NCBI GenBank assembly: GCA_002269645.1
Contig: NIVC01002936.1
Coordinates: 1-64,000 of the forward strand
Reading direction: 5' to 3'
Length of the DNA: 64,000 nt
From: Macrostomum lignano
Lineage: Eukaryota
Positions 12,001 to 26,500 of this stretch are shown here, piece by piece (positions within the stretch are counted from its first letter, which is position 1; every line of letters starts with the position of its first letter). The position numbers and the translations under genes were made by a program. Under the pieces are notes generated by a model. The model was given only the letters and a program-made list of their open reading frames with translations, searched no databases and had not been told where the DNA came from.

Positions 12001-15000
12001 CTCAATGATGTGTCTCTCAATGATGTGTCTCTCAATAATATGTCTTCTTAATGGTGTGTCTCTCAATGATGTGTCTCTCAATAATATGTCTTCTTAATGG
12101 TGTCTCTCAATAATGTGTCTCTCAATAATATGTCTTCTTAATGATGTGTCTCTCAATAATGTGTCTCTCAATAATATGTCTTCTTAATGATGTGTCTCTC
12201 AATGATGTGTCTCTCAATAATGTCTTCTTAATGGTGTCTCTCAATAATATGTCTTCTTAATGGTGTGTCTCTCAATGATGTGTCTCTCAATAATGTCTTC
12301 TTAATGGTGTCTCTCAATGATGTGTCTCTCAATGTCTCTCTTAATGATGTGTCTGATTCGTTTTTTTATTTTCTAATAATTTTTCTCAATCTTCATAACG
12401 TGTTTTCTAGATCTTGTCTGGATGTCGAAGTGTACCGATCTTAAAAAGTTTGTGTCTTTTTTATTAAATCGTCTCAAATTCCGTTTTGCAGCCAGACAAA
12501 GCTGATCCATTCGGTCCGAATTGTACTGAATATTTCAACTTGGTGACTCGATTATTGGATCTGCAGCCGCAGCAGCAGCAGCAGAAACAGCAACAGCAAC
12601 TTGCCGATGTCACCAACCAGGTGATCCAGTTGCTAAGGGCTCGAGAATGCCACGAGCGGCATCGGTGCGGCCAAGCATTTCCCATAGTTACCGCCGAGTC
12701 TTCAGCATCAGCAGCAGCGGCTATACACGATGAGGATGAAGTTTTAATTGGCCTGCTACGCCTAGCCCAGCATCTGATGCAGCGCTGTCCCCAGCTCAAA
12801 GCCGGTATCCATGCCAATTTCATGCGCGATGTGTTTGATTATTTGTTCGCTCTGCCAAGCGCTCAGCAGAGACACCTGCCGAAGTGCAAGTCCACAGCTG
12901 CCAGGTCCAATGCTATTGATCTGCTAGTTGAGCTGGCAAAAGGTGGCAACGGCGAGAACTACTTGGCTTTGGTGGACTGGCTCCAACTGCAGCACACTCA
13001 GCACTGTCACGATCCCTATGGCTGGGATTATTGGCCCCAGGATGAAGGCCGCGCCGCCTGCGGCTATGTTGGCATTACTAACCTGGGCGCTACCTGTTAC
13101 ATGGCCACCTGTCTGCAGCACCTGTTCATGATTCCACAGGCTAGGGAGGCTCTGCTGCAGGCCTGCAATCCGGTCAAGCATGCCGAAATTCTTGCCGAGC
13201 TGAAGAAACTGTTCGCCTTCCTGCAGGAGAGCCAACGGCGCGCATTGAATCCCAGGGGATTCTGTCGGGTGTATTCAATGAACAGACAGAGTCTGAACAC
13301 TGGCGAACAGAAGGATATGACTGAGTTTTTCAACGATCTAATTGCCAAGCTGGAAGAGATGACGCCAGAGTTGAAGGTTTGTTAGACATTTTTTGAAAGT
13401 CATTCTAAAAATATTTTAGTAAGAATTGTTTACCTTAATTCCATAACACCTTTCTAATAAATAGTCCCACAATCCTCATAACATCTTTCCAAGAAACAAT
13501 CCCCAAAAATTATCATGACATCTTCCAAGAAACACCCCCCAAAAATCATGATATATTTCTAAGAAACAACCCCAAAAAATCATGATATATTTCCAAGAAA
13601 CAATCCCCCAAAATCATGATATATTTCCAAGAAACACCCCTCAAAAATCATGATATATTTCTAAGAAACAACCCCAAAAATCATGATATATTTCCAAGAA
13701 ACAATCCCCAAAAATCATCATGACATCTTCCAAAAAACAATCCCCAAAAATCATCATGACATCTTCCAAGATACAATTCCCGAAAGTTCTCATTACATCT
13801 GTCCAAGAAACAACCCCCCAAAAATCATTATATATTTCCAAGAAACAATCCCCCAAAATCATTATGACATCTTTCAAAGAAACAATCCCCAAAATTATCA
13901 TGACATCTTTCAAAGAAACAATCCCCAAAATTATCATGACATCTTTCAAAGAAACAATCCCCCAAAATCATCATGACATCTTTCCAAGAAAAAATCCCCC
14001 CAAAATCATCATGACATCTTTCCAAGAAAAAATCCCCCAAAATCATCATGACATCTTTCCAAGAAAAAATCCCCCCAAAATCATCATGATATCTTTCCAA
14101 GAAAAAATCCCCCCAAAATCATCATGACATCTTTCAAAGAAACAATCCCCAAAATTATCATGACATCTTTCAAAGAAACAATCCCCCAAAATCATCATGA
14201 CATCTTTCCAAGAAAAAATCCCCCCAAAATCATCATGACATCTTTCCAAGAAAAAATCCCCCCAAAATCATCATGACATCTTTCCAAGAAAAAATCCCCC
14301 CAAAATCATCATGACATCTTTCCAAGAAAAAATCCCCCCCAAAATCATTATGACATCTTTCAAAGAAACAATCCCCAAAATTATCATGACATCTTTCAAA
14401 GAAACAATCCCCCAAAATCATCATGACATCTTTCCAAGAAAAAATCCCCCCAAAATCATCATGACATCTTTCCAAGAAAAAATCCCCCCAAAATCATCAT
14501 GACATCTTTCCAAGAAAAAATCCCCCCAAAATCATCATGACATCTTTCAAAGAAACAATCCCCAAAATCATCATGACATCTTTCCAAGAAACAATCCCCC
14601 AAAATCATTATGACATCTTTCCAAGAAACAACCCCCCAAAATCATCATGACATCTTTCCAAGAAAAAATCCCCCCAAAATCATCATGACATCTTTCAAAG
14701 AAACAATCCCCAAAAATTAAATTATCATAACATCTTTCTAAAAAGCTTTTCCCGAAACCCTCATGACATATTTCCAAGAAAGAATGCTCCAAACTTGACG
14801 TAGCAGTTTTCTAAGAAACAATCCCCCAAAATCGCCATGAAATCCTCGCAGACGGCCGTCAAAGATCTATTCTGCGGCGTCCTCACCAACAGCGTGGTTT
14901 CACAAGACTGCCCGCACGTCCGTCACACTCTGGAAGAATTCTATTGCGTTCGTTGCGAAGTTCACGGCGTAAAGAATCTGTACCAGTCGCTTGACAAACT

Positions 15001-17115
15001 TTGCGTCACTGACCTATTAGAAGGCGAGAACATGTATCGCTGTTCCGGTTGCGATTGTAAAGTGAAAGCCGAGAAACGGGTTATGTTTAAGAAGCTGCCA
15101 AAAATATTGTGCCTGAATACTATGCGATACACGTTCGATATGGTCACTATGCGAGAGGAGAAGGTTAATTCGCATTTCAGCTTTCCAATGAAGCTAGTTA
15201 TGCGGGATTATATGGAGCTGGTGAGCTGTTAATCTGTTGTAAAACCTGCGATTATCAATATTAAAGTCACTTTAAAGTGCAATCACCCTAAAGTACAACC
15301 TACAATCACCCTGAAGTACAACCTGCAACAATCACACTAAAGTACAACCTACAATCCCGCTAAATTACAGCCTACAATCACACTAAAGTACAACCTACAA
15401 CCACACTAAAGTATAGTCTAAAATCCCGCTAAAGTACAGTCTACAATCACCTTAAAGTACAACCTAGGATTCCTATAAAGTACAACCAACAATCACGCTA
15501 AAGTACGACCAACAATCACACTAAAGTACAACCTAGGATTCCGATAAAGTACAACCAACAATCACGCTAAAGTACAACCAACAATCACGCTAAAGTACAA
15601 ACTAGGATTCCGATAAAGTACAACCAACAACCACACTAAAGTACAGTCTACAATCACACTAAAGTACAACCTACAATCGCACTAAAGTACAACCTACAAT
15701 CACCTTAAAGGTGAATTATACAGTCGCCCAAAAGTCGAATTTTGTAAAATCACGAAAAATCGCTGTGGATGTACTTTTAATCTAGTTGTGTCTTTCAATA
15801 ATTGCAGTCACCTACGGGAACCGACGCGGCGGAGTCATCAAGCAGCCCTGCTGACCAGCAGCAGCAGCAAAGAGAAGAAGTCGTTGACAAGGACGACGAA
15901 ATGCAGCAGCGATTACGGGCTGAGCTGCCTACGGTGGCCGAGCAGGAAGCTCAGGGCTTCGTTTACGAACTAATTGGAGTGACGGTGCACACTGGTATGG
16001 CTTGTTCTTGACTGAATTCAAATTGATTTTTATTCTGGTCCATGTAGAATATCGAATTGAATAGGTTTAGATTTAACTTGAACAAGGGTTTCTTTTATAG
16101 GACTTTGAATATCCAGAAATGAGATTCCAAGTTTTTCGGATATCCAGAAATGGGATTTCATGTTGGGATGTCTAGAAATGGGATTTCTGATCTGTAGGTA
16201 CCCAGAAATGGGATTTCAGGTCTTTAGGTATCCAGAAATGGGATTTCAATATTTGGGATGTCTAGAAATGGGATTTCAGGTCTTTAGGTATCCTGAAATG
16301 GGATTTCAATATTTTGGATATCCAGAAATGGGATGTCTAGAAATGGGATTTCAGGTCTTTAGGTATCCAGAAATGGGATTTCAAGATTTGGGATATCCAG
16401 AACTGGGATTTCAAGATTTGGGATATCCAGAACTGGGATTTCAAGATTTGGGATATCCAGAACTGGGATTTCAAGATTTGGGATATCCAGAAATGTGATT
16501 TCAAAATTTACAAATGGGATTCTGGGACTTTTGGGGATCACAAATTTAGCATATTACGAGTATATGATTATTACTAGAAAAATCCCATGGTCAATATCAC
16601 TCCTCGCTCGCAGGCACAGCTGATGGCGGCCACTATTACAGCTACATCCGTGACCGCCTGTCGCCAAGCGTGGGCGACGCCGATCGCTGGCTCTGGTTCA
16701 ACGATTCCGAAGTTCGACCATTCGATCCGAGTCAAATCCCCGTGGAGTGCTTCGGCGGCGAAGTGTCTAGCAAAGCATACGACTCCATGCAGGACCGCTT
16801 CATGGACTTCTCCTTTGAGAGGACTAACAGTGCCTATATGCTGTTCTATGAGCATGTGCCCCAGCAGCCTCAGCAACAGCAGCCCAGCTGCCTCTCCAGC
16901 CTGCCTCGGAGGCGATTCAATTTCGACTTGCCGCCAGATCTGGCCGATGCCGTGTGGCAGGACAACAAGTCCTACCTGCAGGATAGGAATATCTTCAACC
17001 ATATGTACTTTAACTTCATGTTCCAGGTGTGCGCCTATCTCAGGAACACCGTGCCTTCCGATGACCAGGTGGGTGTCTGTTTGTGCCTGTCTGTCTGTCT
17101 GTCTGTCTGTCTTAG

Positions 17116-17184
<69 letters not shown>

Positions 17185-17187
17185 TAG

Positions 17188-17228
<41 letters not shown>

Positions 17229-17231
17229 TAG

Positions 17232-17267
<36 letters not shown>

Positions 17268-17327
17268 CATCTGTCTGGCTGGCTGTCTTAGTGTCTGTCT
17301 GACTGTTTGTCTGTTTGTCTGTCTGTA

Positions 17328-17372
<45 letters not shown>

Positions 17373-17433
17373 TTCTGTCTGTCTGTCTGTCTCTCTGTCT
17401 GTCTTTCTGTCTCTGTCTGTCTGTCTGTCTTAG

Positions 17434-17465
<32 letters not shown>

Positions 17466-17475
17466 CTGTATTTTT

Positions 17476-17514
<39 letters not shown>

Positions 17515-20500
17515 GTCTTAGTGTCTGTCTGTCTGCCTAAGCGCCACCCCACCCACCTCACCCCTCGCGCAGGTATTTTTCAAAACGGCCCGCCTGACCT
17601 GCAGCTTCATCCTGGAGACCCTGGTCCACGCCAAGGAGAAGCTCAACCTGGTCCAGTGGATAGAAATCATGGACAAGATGCTCATTCTGTGCCCGCCAGT
17701 ATGCGACTGGTTCCTAGCAACCATGGCCGAAGACGACTGGTGGCTGCGGCAAATCTTGGTTGCCTGCCCCAGCCCGAAAATGCGAGAAATATTCAGCCGG
17801 TTCTGTCTGGAAGTGGTGAACAAAGTCCGGCAGAGAGAGCCGGACCAGCTCAGCGTGAATGTCACTAACTTTATTCGGATGCTGCTAAACGCATTGGAGC
17901 AGCGAGCGATGCAGCAGCACTGCCGGCATCTGGACGAATATTTCACTCTGCTATTGAGATTGTCCGAAGGTCGCTTAGAGACGGCCTTTATGCTGGAGAA
18001 TAGAGCCATCAGCCGTCTGGTGCAGTTCTGCCTGATGTCACGCTCCGTCTCCGCTGCCCAGCAGTCTGCGTCGGGACTTGAAGGTCCCGCCGAGACGGAC
18101 GATGAACTGAGCTTGGATATCGTGTCCGCTAGGCACGGGCAGGGGCACTTTGAGAAATTGGGTAAGTGGAGAATTTTTGTTGAGCGGTTGAGAATTCCCC
18201 TACGATTAAGAGCATGATTTTAGATTCCTAGATGATAATTCCCCATGATAGACAACTGAGACACACAGGGAATTCCTCATTGTAGACAACTGGGACACAG
18301 GTAATTCCTCATTGTACACAACTGGGACACAGGGGGAATTCCTTATTGTAGACAACTGGGACACAGGGGGGATTCCCCATGATAGACAACTGGGACACAC
18401 AGACGGAATTTCCCATGATAGACAACTGGGACACAGGCGGAATTCCCCATGATAGACAACTGGGACACACAGGGAATTCCTCATTGTAGACAACTGGGAC
18501 ACACGGGGATTCACCATGATAGACAACTTGGACACACAGGGGGGGAATTCCCCATGATAGACAACTGGGATACACAGGGAATTCCTCATTGTAGACAACT
18601 GGGACACACGGGGATTCACCATGATAGACAACTTGGACACACAGGGGGGGAATTCCCCATGATAGACAACTGGGATACACAGGGAATTCCTCATTGTAGA
18701 CAACTGGGACACACGGGGATTCACCATGATAGACAACTGGGACACGCAGGGGGAATTCCCCATGATAGACAACTGGGACACAGGCGGAATTCCCCATGAT
18801 AGACAACTGGGACGTGTGAGGAATTCCTTGGATAGAAACGAGTAATCACTAACAATGACTCCTTCCATTTGCAGGCGAAGTAGTGGAATTCCTGCTCAGC
18901 CGGGCAGCCAGCGAGCCAACAGCATTCCCCCTATCTGACGAAGATCGCCAAGCCATCCTGCCCAGCATCCTGCATCAGCAGCAGCAGCAGCAGCAGCCTC
19001 ATCAAGTTGGCACCGGTCATCAAGTCCTATTCCCGTTTGTATCCAATTTTATCAAGCAGTGCGCCACAGGAGCCGGCACTCGATGTGCTGTACAGCTGGT
19101 TCTGTCAGCCTGTCGGTTGGATCCCAGTCTGTACGCTGAGCCGCTGGTAGTGACCCTGCTGCAGGGCTTGGCTAGTCAGGAGGGCGAATCGTTTCAAAAC
19201 TTTGTCAAAGTACTGACACCCCTGATGGATCCCGGATTGAGAATGGCGACAGGAACTTCGAATAGTTTAGGCGAGGCCGGATTTGCCCAGCTGGTGATGC
19301 GCTACATCTGGTCAGCTGTGCAGTTTGGCAAGTCGCCAGCTTACTGCGTTGAATGGCTGGCTACTCAGGTCTGTCTGTGGTGCATGCATGGGATAATAGG
19401 GGTTCGATTGGGCTTTTTTAGTTTAGGATCGTGTTTGCCATTTTTAAGTCGTGATATAGTGGGAGATCTAACAATTGGGATGGTTAGGATCAAAGAGTAA
19501 AGATGAATTGGGATCATAGAAAGGAGATAATTGGTATCTTAAGAATGGGGATAACTGGTATCATAGGAATTAGAATGATTTTGATCATAGGAATGGGAAT
19601 AATTGGGATCATAGGAATGGGGATAATTGGGATCAAGGGTATAATTGGTATCATAGAAATTGAAATAATTGGGATCATAGGAATGGGGATAATTGGGATC
19701 AATGGAATGAGGATAATTGGGATAATAGGAATGGGGATAATAGGGACCAAAGGAATGGGAATAATTGGGGTCATAGAATGGGGATAATTGGGATATTAGG
19801 AATGGGGATAATTGGTATCTTAGGAATGGGGATAATTGGTATCATAGGAATTAAAATAATTTTGATCATAGGAATGGGGATGATTGGGATCATAGAATGG
19901 GGATAATTGGGATCAAAGGAATGTGAATAATTGGGATCAAAGAATGGGAATATTTGGTATCATATGAATAGGGGATAATTGGGATCATAGGAATAGGAAT
20001 AATTGGGATCATACAATGGGCATAATTGGGATCATAGAATTAGAATTATATTGGAGCAAATTACGAAATTCTAAAACCATTTCTAAGAACACAAAAATCG
20101 CTATACTTCATATCTTCATCACTCTACTTAGTAAGTAGCAAGTAAAGGAAAAACCAGTGTAATTATTAATTTATTGAAAATCCCAACCAGGCGATGCGCA
20201 ACCCAGTTGTACAACAGCACCTGCTGGAGTCTCGAGAGCACTGGCTCCCTACTCATCTAGTCTGTCATCCAAATTTGAAAGTTCGTCAGGCCACTTTCAT
20301 CCTATTTACTCACCTATTGCCGATGCGGGCCCAGGTTCGATTCCACGAGTTGAGTAGCGCCCGGTGTAAGCTAGCCGTAGTGTCGCCGTGTACAGTGTCA
20401 GGCAGTCGAGGCCAGTGTAGTGTTGAGCAGAGAGCCCTGATCGCTGATCTGCTCCGCTTGTTGCTAGGCTGCCTGACAGATATTCGACAGGCTGGCGGAG

Positions 20501-23500
20501 CTGGCGGTGGTGGCCTGGATCGGGCCGAGCATTCGTGCTTCGCGCCCTACTTTAACTCCATGACACTGTGCCTGGTGTCTGCCGATGAAAAACGAATGGT
20601 AATTTATACTGGTTATGTTTGTTTATGGGGAATTTCCCTGGATTGAGATTCTAATCATCTTAGGTTGGAATACCCCCTGGAGAATTCCCCTAGATTGAGA
20701 TTCTAAGGATCTTACATGATAATTCCCCTATATTGAGAAAATAAGATCCCATGAGAATTTCCCTAGATTTAGGGTTCTAAGAATCGTAGGAGAGAATTCC
20801 CCTAGATTGAAAGAAAGATCCTATGAGAATTCTCCTAGATTCAGATTTTAAGAGTCTTAGATGAGACTTCCCCTAAATTGAGATTTTAAGAATCCTAGAT
20901 GAGAATTCCCCTAAATTGAGATTTTAAGAATAGTGAGAATTCCCCTAGATTGAAAATCGGAGATGAGAATTCCCCTAGATTGAAAATCGGAGATGAGAAT
21001 TCCCCTAGATTGAAAATCGGAGATGAGAATTCCCCTAGATTAAGAATCGGAGATGAGAATTCCCCTAGATTAAGAATCGGAGATGAGAATTCCCCTAGAT
21101 TAAGAATCGGAGATGAGAATTCCCCTAGATTAAGAATCGAGATGAGAATTCCCCTAGATTAAGAATCTGAGATGAGAATTCCCCTAGATTAAGAATCGAA
21201 GATGAGAATTCCCCTAGATTAGGAATCGGAGATGAGAATTCCCCTAGATTAAAATGGAGATGAGAATTCCCCTAGATTGAAAATCGGAGATGAGAATTCC
21301 CCTAGATTAAGAATCGGAGATGAGAATTCCCCTAGATTAAGAATCGGAGATGAGAATTCCCCTAGATTAAGAATCGGAGATGAGAATTCCCCTAGATTAA
21401 GAATCGGAGATGAGAATTCCCCTAGATTAAGAATCGAAGATGAGAATTCCCTAGATTAAGAATCGGAGATGAGAATTCCCCTAGATTAAGAATCGGAGAT
21501 GAGAATTCCCCTAGATTAAGAATCGGAGATGAGAATTCCCCTAGATTAAGAATCGAAGATGAGAATTCCCCTAGATTAAGAATCGGAGATGAGAATTCCC
21601 CTAGATTAAGAATCGAAGATGAGAATTCCCCTAGATTAAGAATCGGAGATGAGAATTCCCCTAGATTAAGAATCGAAGATGAGAATTCCCCTAGATTAAG
21701 AATCGGAGATGAGAATTCCCCTAGATTAAGAATCGAAGATGAGAATTCCCCTAGATTAAGAATCGGAGATGAGAATTCCCCTAGATTAAAATCGGAGATG
21801 AGAATTCCCCTAGATTAAGAATCGGAGATGAGAATTCCCCTAGATTGAAAATCGGAGATGAGAATTCCCCTAGATTAGAATCGGAGATGAGAATTCCCCT
21901 AGATTAAGAATCGGAGATGAGAATTCCCCTAGATTAAGAATCGGAGATGAGAATTCCCCTAGATTGAAAATCGGAGATGAGAATTCCCCTAGATTAGAAT
22001 CGGAGATGAGAATTCCCCTAGATTAAGAATCGGAGATGAGAATTCCCCTAGATTAAGAATCGGAGATGAGAATTCCCCTAGATTAAGAATCGGAGATGAG
22101 AATTCCCCTAGATTGAAAATCGGAGATGAGAATTCCCCTAGATTAAGAATCGGAGATGAGAATTCCCCTAGATTAAGAATCGGAGATGAGAATTCCCCTA
22201 GATTAAGAATCGGAGATGAGAATTCCCCTAGATTAAGAATCGAGATGAGAATTCCCCTAGATTAAGAATCGGAGATGAGAATTCCCCTAGATTAAGAATC
22301 GAAGATGAGAATTCCCCTAGATTAAGAATCGGAGATGAGAATTCCCCTAGATTAAGAATCGAAGATGAGAATTCCCCTAGATTAAGAATCGGAGATGAGA
22401 ATTCCCCTAGATTAAGAATCGAAGATGAGAATTCCCCTAGATTAAGAATCGGAGATGAGAATTCCCCTAGATTGAAAATCGGAGATGAGAATTCCCCTAG
22501 ATTAAGAATCGGAGATGAGAATTCCCCTAGATTGAAAATCGGAGATGAGAATTCCCCTAGATTAGAATCGGAGATGAGAATTCCCCTAGATTAAGAATCG
22601 GAGATGAGAATTCCCCTAGATTAAGAATCGGAGATGAGAATTCCCCTAGATTGAAAATCGGAGATGAGAATTCCCCTAGATTAGAATCGGAGATGAGAAT
22701 TCCCCTAGATTAAGAATCGGAGATGAGAATTCCCCTAGATTAAGAATCGGAGATGAGAATTCCCCTAGATTAAGAATCGGAGATGAGAATTCCCCTAGAT
22801 TGAAAATCGGAGATGAGAATTCCCCTAGATTAAGAATCGGAGATGAGAATTCCCCTAGATTAAGAATCGGAGATGAGAATTCCCCTAGATTAAGAATCGG
22901 AGATGAGAATTCCCCTAGATTAAGAATCGGAGATGAGAATTCCCCTAGATTAAGAATCGGAGATGAGAATTCCCCTAGATTAAGAATCGAGATGAGAATT
23001 CCCCTAGATTAAGAATCGGAGATGAGAATTCCCCTAGATTAAGAATCGAAGATGAGAATTCCCCTAGATTAAGAATCGGAGATGAGAATTCCCCTAGATT
23101 AAGAATCGGAGATGAGAATTCCCCTAGATTAAGAATCGAGATGAGAATTCCCCTAGATTGAAAATCGGAGATGAGAATTCCCCTAGATTGAAAATCGGAG
23201 ATGAGAATTCCCCTAGATTAAGAATCGGAGATGAGAATTCCCCTAGATTAAGAATCGGAGATGAGAATTCCCCTAGATTAAGAATCGGAGATGAGAATTC
23301 CCCTAGATTAAGAATCGAGATGAGAATTCCCCTAGATTAAGAATCTGAGATGAGAATTCCCCTAGATTAAGAATCGAAGATGAGAATTCCCCTAGATTAG
23401 AATCGGAGATGAGAATTCCCCTAGATTGAAAATGGAGATGAGAATTCCCCTAGATTGAAAATCGGAGATGAGAATTCCCCTAGATTAAGAATCGGAGATG

Positions 23501-26500
23501 AGAATTCCCCTAGATTAAGAATCGGAGATGAGAATTCCCCTAGATTAAGAATCGGAGATGAGAATTCCCCTAGATTAAGAATCGGAGATGAGAATTCCCC
23601 TAGATTAAGAATCGAAGATGAGAATTCTCCTAGATTAAGAATCGGAGATGAGAATTCCCCTAGATTAAGAATCGGAGATGAGAATTCCCCTAGATTAAGA
23701 ATCGGAGATGAGAATTCCCCTAGATTAAGAATCGAAGATGAGAATTCCCCTAGATTAAGAATCGGAGATGAGAATTCCCCTAGATTAAGAATCGAAGATG
23801 AGAATTCCCCTAGAGTAAGAATCGGAGATGAGAATTCCCCTAGATTAAGAATCGAAGATGAGAATTCCCCTAGATTAAGAATCGGAGATGAGAATTCCCC
23901 TAGATTAAGAATCGAAGATGAGAATTCCCCTAGATTAAGAATCGGAGATGAGAATTCCCCTAGATTGAAAATCGGAGATGAGAATTCCCCTAGATTAAGA
24001 ATCGGAGATGAGAATTCCCCTAGATTGAAAATCGGAGATGAGAATTCCCCTAGATTTAGAATCGGAGATGAGAATTCCCCTAGATTAAGAATCGGAGATG
24101 AGAATTCCCCTAGATTGAAAATCGGAGATGAGAATTCCCCTAGATTGAAAATCGGAGATGAGAATTCCCCTAGATTAGAATCGGAGATGAGAATTCCCCT
24201 AGATTAAGAATCGGAGATGAGAATTCCCCTAGATTAAGAATCGGAGATGAGAATTCCCCTAGATTAAGAATCGGAGATGAGAATTCCCCTAGATTGAAAA
24301 TCGGAGATGAGAATTCCCCTAGATTAAGAATCGGAGATGAGAATTCCCCTAGATTAAGAATCGGAGATGAGAATTCCCCTAGATTAAGAATCGGAGATGA
24401 GAATTCCCCTAGATTAAGAATCGAAGATGAGAATTCCCCTAGATTAAGAATCGGAGATGAGAATTCCCCTAGATTAAGAATCGAAGATGAGAATTCCCCT
24501 AGATTAAGAATCGGAGATGAGAATTCCCCTAGATTAAGAATCGAAGATGAGAATTCCCCTAGATTAAGAATCGGAGATGAGAATTCCCCTAGATTAAGAA
24601 TCGAAGATGAGAATTCCCCTAGATTAAGAATCGGAGATGAGAATTCCCCTAGATTGAAAATCGGAGATGAGAATTCCCCTAGATTAAGAATCGGAGATGA
24701 GAATTCCCCTAGATTGAAAATCGGAGATGAGAATTCCCCTAGATTAGAATCGGAGATGAGAATTCCCCTAGATTAAGAATCGGAGATGAGAATTCCCCTA
24801 GATTAAGAATCGGAGATGAGAATTCCCCTAGATTGAAAATCGGAGATGAGAATTCCCCTAGATTAGAATCGGAGATGAGAATTCCCCTAGATTAAGAATC
24901 GGAGATGAGAATTCCCCTAGATTAAGAATCGGAGATGAGAATTCCCCTAGATTAAGAATCGGAGATGAGAATTCCCCTAGATTGAAAATCGGAGATGAGA
25001 ATTCCCCTAGATTAAGAATCGGAGATGAGAATTCCCCTAGATTAAGAATCGGAGATGAGAATTCCCCTAGATTAAGAATCGGAGATGAGAATTCCCCTAG
25101 ATTAAGAATCGGAGATGAGAATTCCCCTAGATTAAGAATCGGAGATGAGAATTCCCCTAGATTAAGAATCGAAGATGAGAATTCCCCTAGAGTAAGAATC
25201 GGAGATGAGAATTCCCCTAGATTAAGAATCGAAGATGAGAATTCCCCTAGATTAAGAATCGGAGATGAGAATTCCCCTAGATTAAGAATCGAAGATGAGA
25301 ATTCCCCTAGAGTAAGAATCGGAGATGAGAATTCCCCTAGATTAAGAATCGGAGATGAGAATTCCCCTAGATTAAGAATCGAAGATAAGAATTCCCCTAG
25401 ATTGAAAATCGGAGATGAGAATTCCCCTAGATTGAAAATCGGAGATGAGAATTCCCCTAGATTAAGAATCGGAGATGAGAATTCCCCTAGATTAAGAATC
25501 GGAGATGAGAATTCCCCTAGATTAAGAATCGGAGATGAGAATTCCCCTAGATTAAGAATCGAAGATGAGAATTCCCCTAGATTAAGAATCTGAGATGAGA
25601 ATTCCCCTAGATTAAGAATCGAAGATGAGAATTCCCCTAGATTAGGAATCGGAGATGAGAATTCCCCTAGATTGAAAATTGGAGATGAGAATTCCCCTAG
25701 ATTGAAAATCGGAGATGAGAATTCCCCTAGATTAAGAATCGGAGATGAGAATTCCCCTAGATTAAGAATCGGAGATGAGAATTCCCCTAGATTAAGAATC
25801 GGAGATGAGAATTCCCCTAGATTAAGAATCGGAGATGAGAATTCCCCTAGATTAAGAATCGAAGATGAGAATTCTCCTAGATTAAGAATCGGAGATGAGA
25901 ATTCCCCTAGATTAAGAATCGGAGATGAGAATTCCCCTAGATTAAGAATCGGAGATGAGAATTCCCCTAGATTAAGAATCGAAGATGAGAATTCCCCTAG
26001 ATTAAGAATCGGAGATGAGAATTCCCCTAGATTAAGAATCGAAGATGAGAATTCCCCTAGAGTAAGAATCGGAGATGAGAATTCCCCTAGATTAAGAATC
26101 GAAGATGAGAATTCCCCTAGATTAAGAATCGGAGATGAGAATTCCCCTAGATTAAGAATCGAAGATGAGAATTCCCCTAGATTAAGAATCGGAGATGAGA
26201 ATTCCCCTAGATTGAAAATCGGAGATGAGAATTCCCCTAGATTAAGAATCGGAGATGAGAATTCCCCTAGATTGAAAATCGGAGATGAGAATTCCCCTAG
26301 ATTTAGAATCGGAGATGAGAATTCCCCTAGATTAAGAATCGGAGATGAGAATTCCCCTAGATTGAAAATCGGAGATGAGAATTCCCCTAGATTGAAAATC
26401 GGAGATGAGAATTCCCCTAGATTTAGAATCGGAGATGAGAATTCCCCTAGATTAAGAATCGGAGATGAGAATTCCCCTAGATTGAAAATCGGAGATGAGA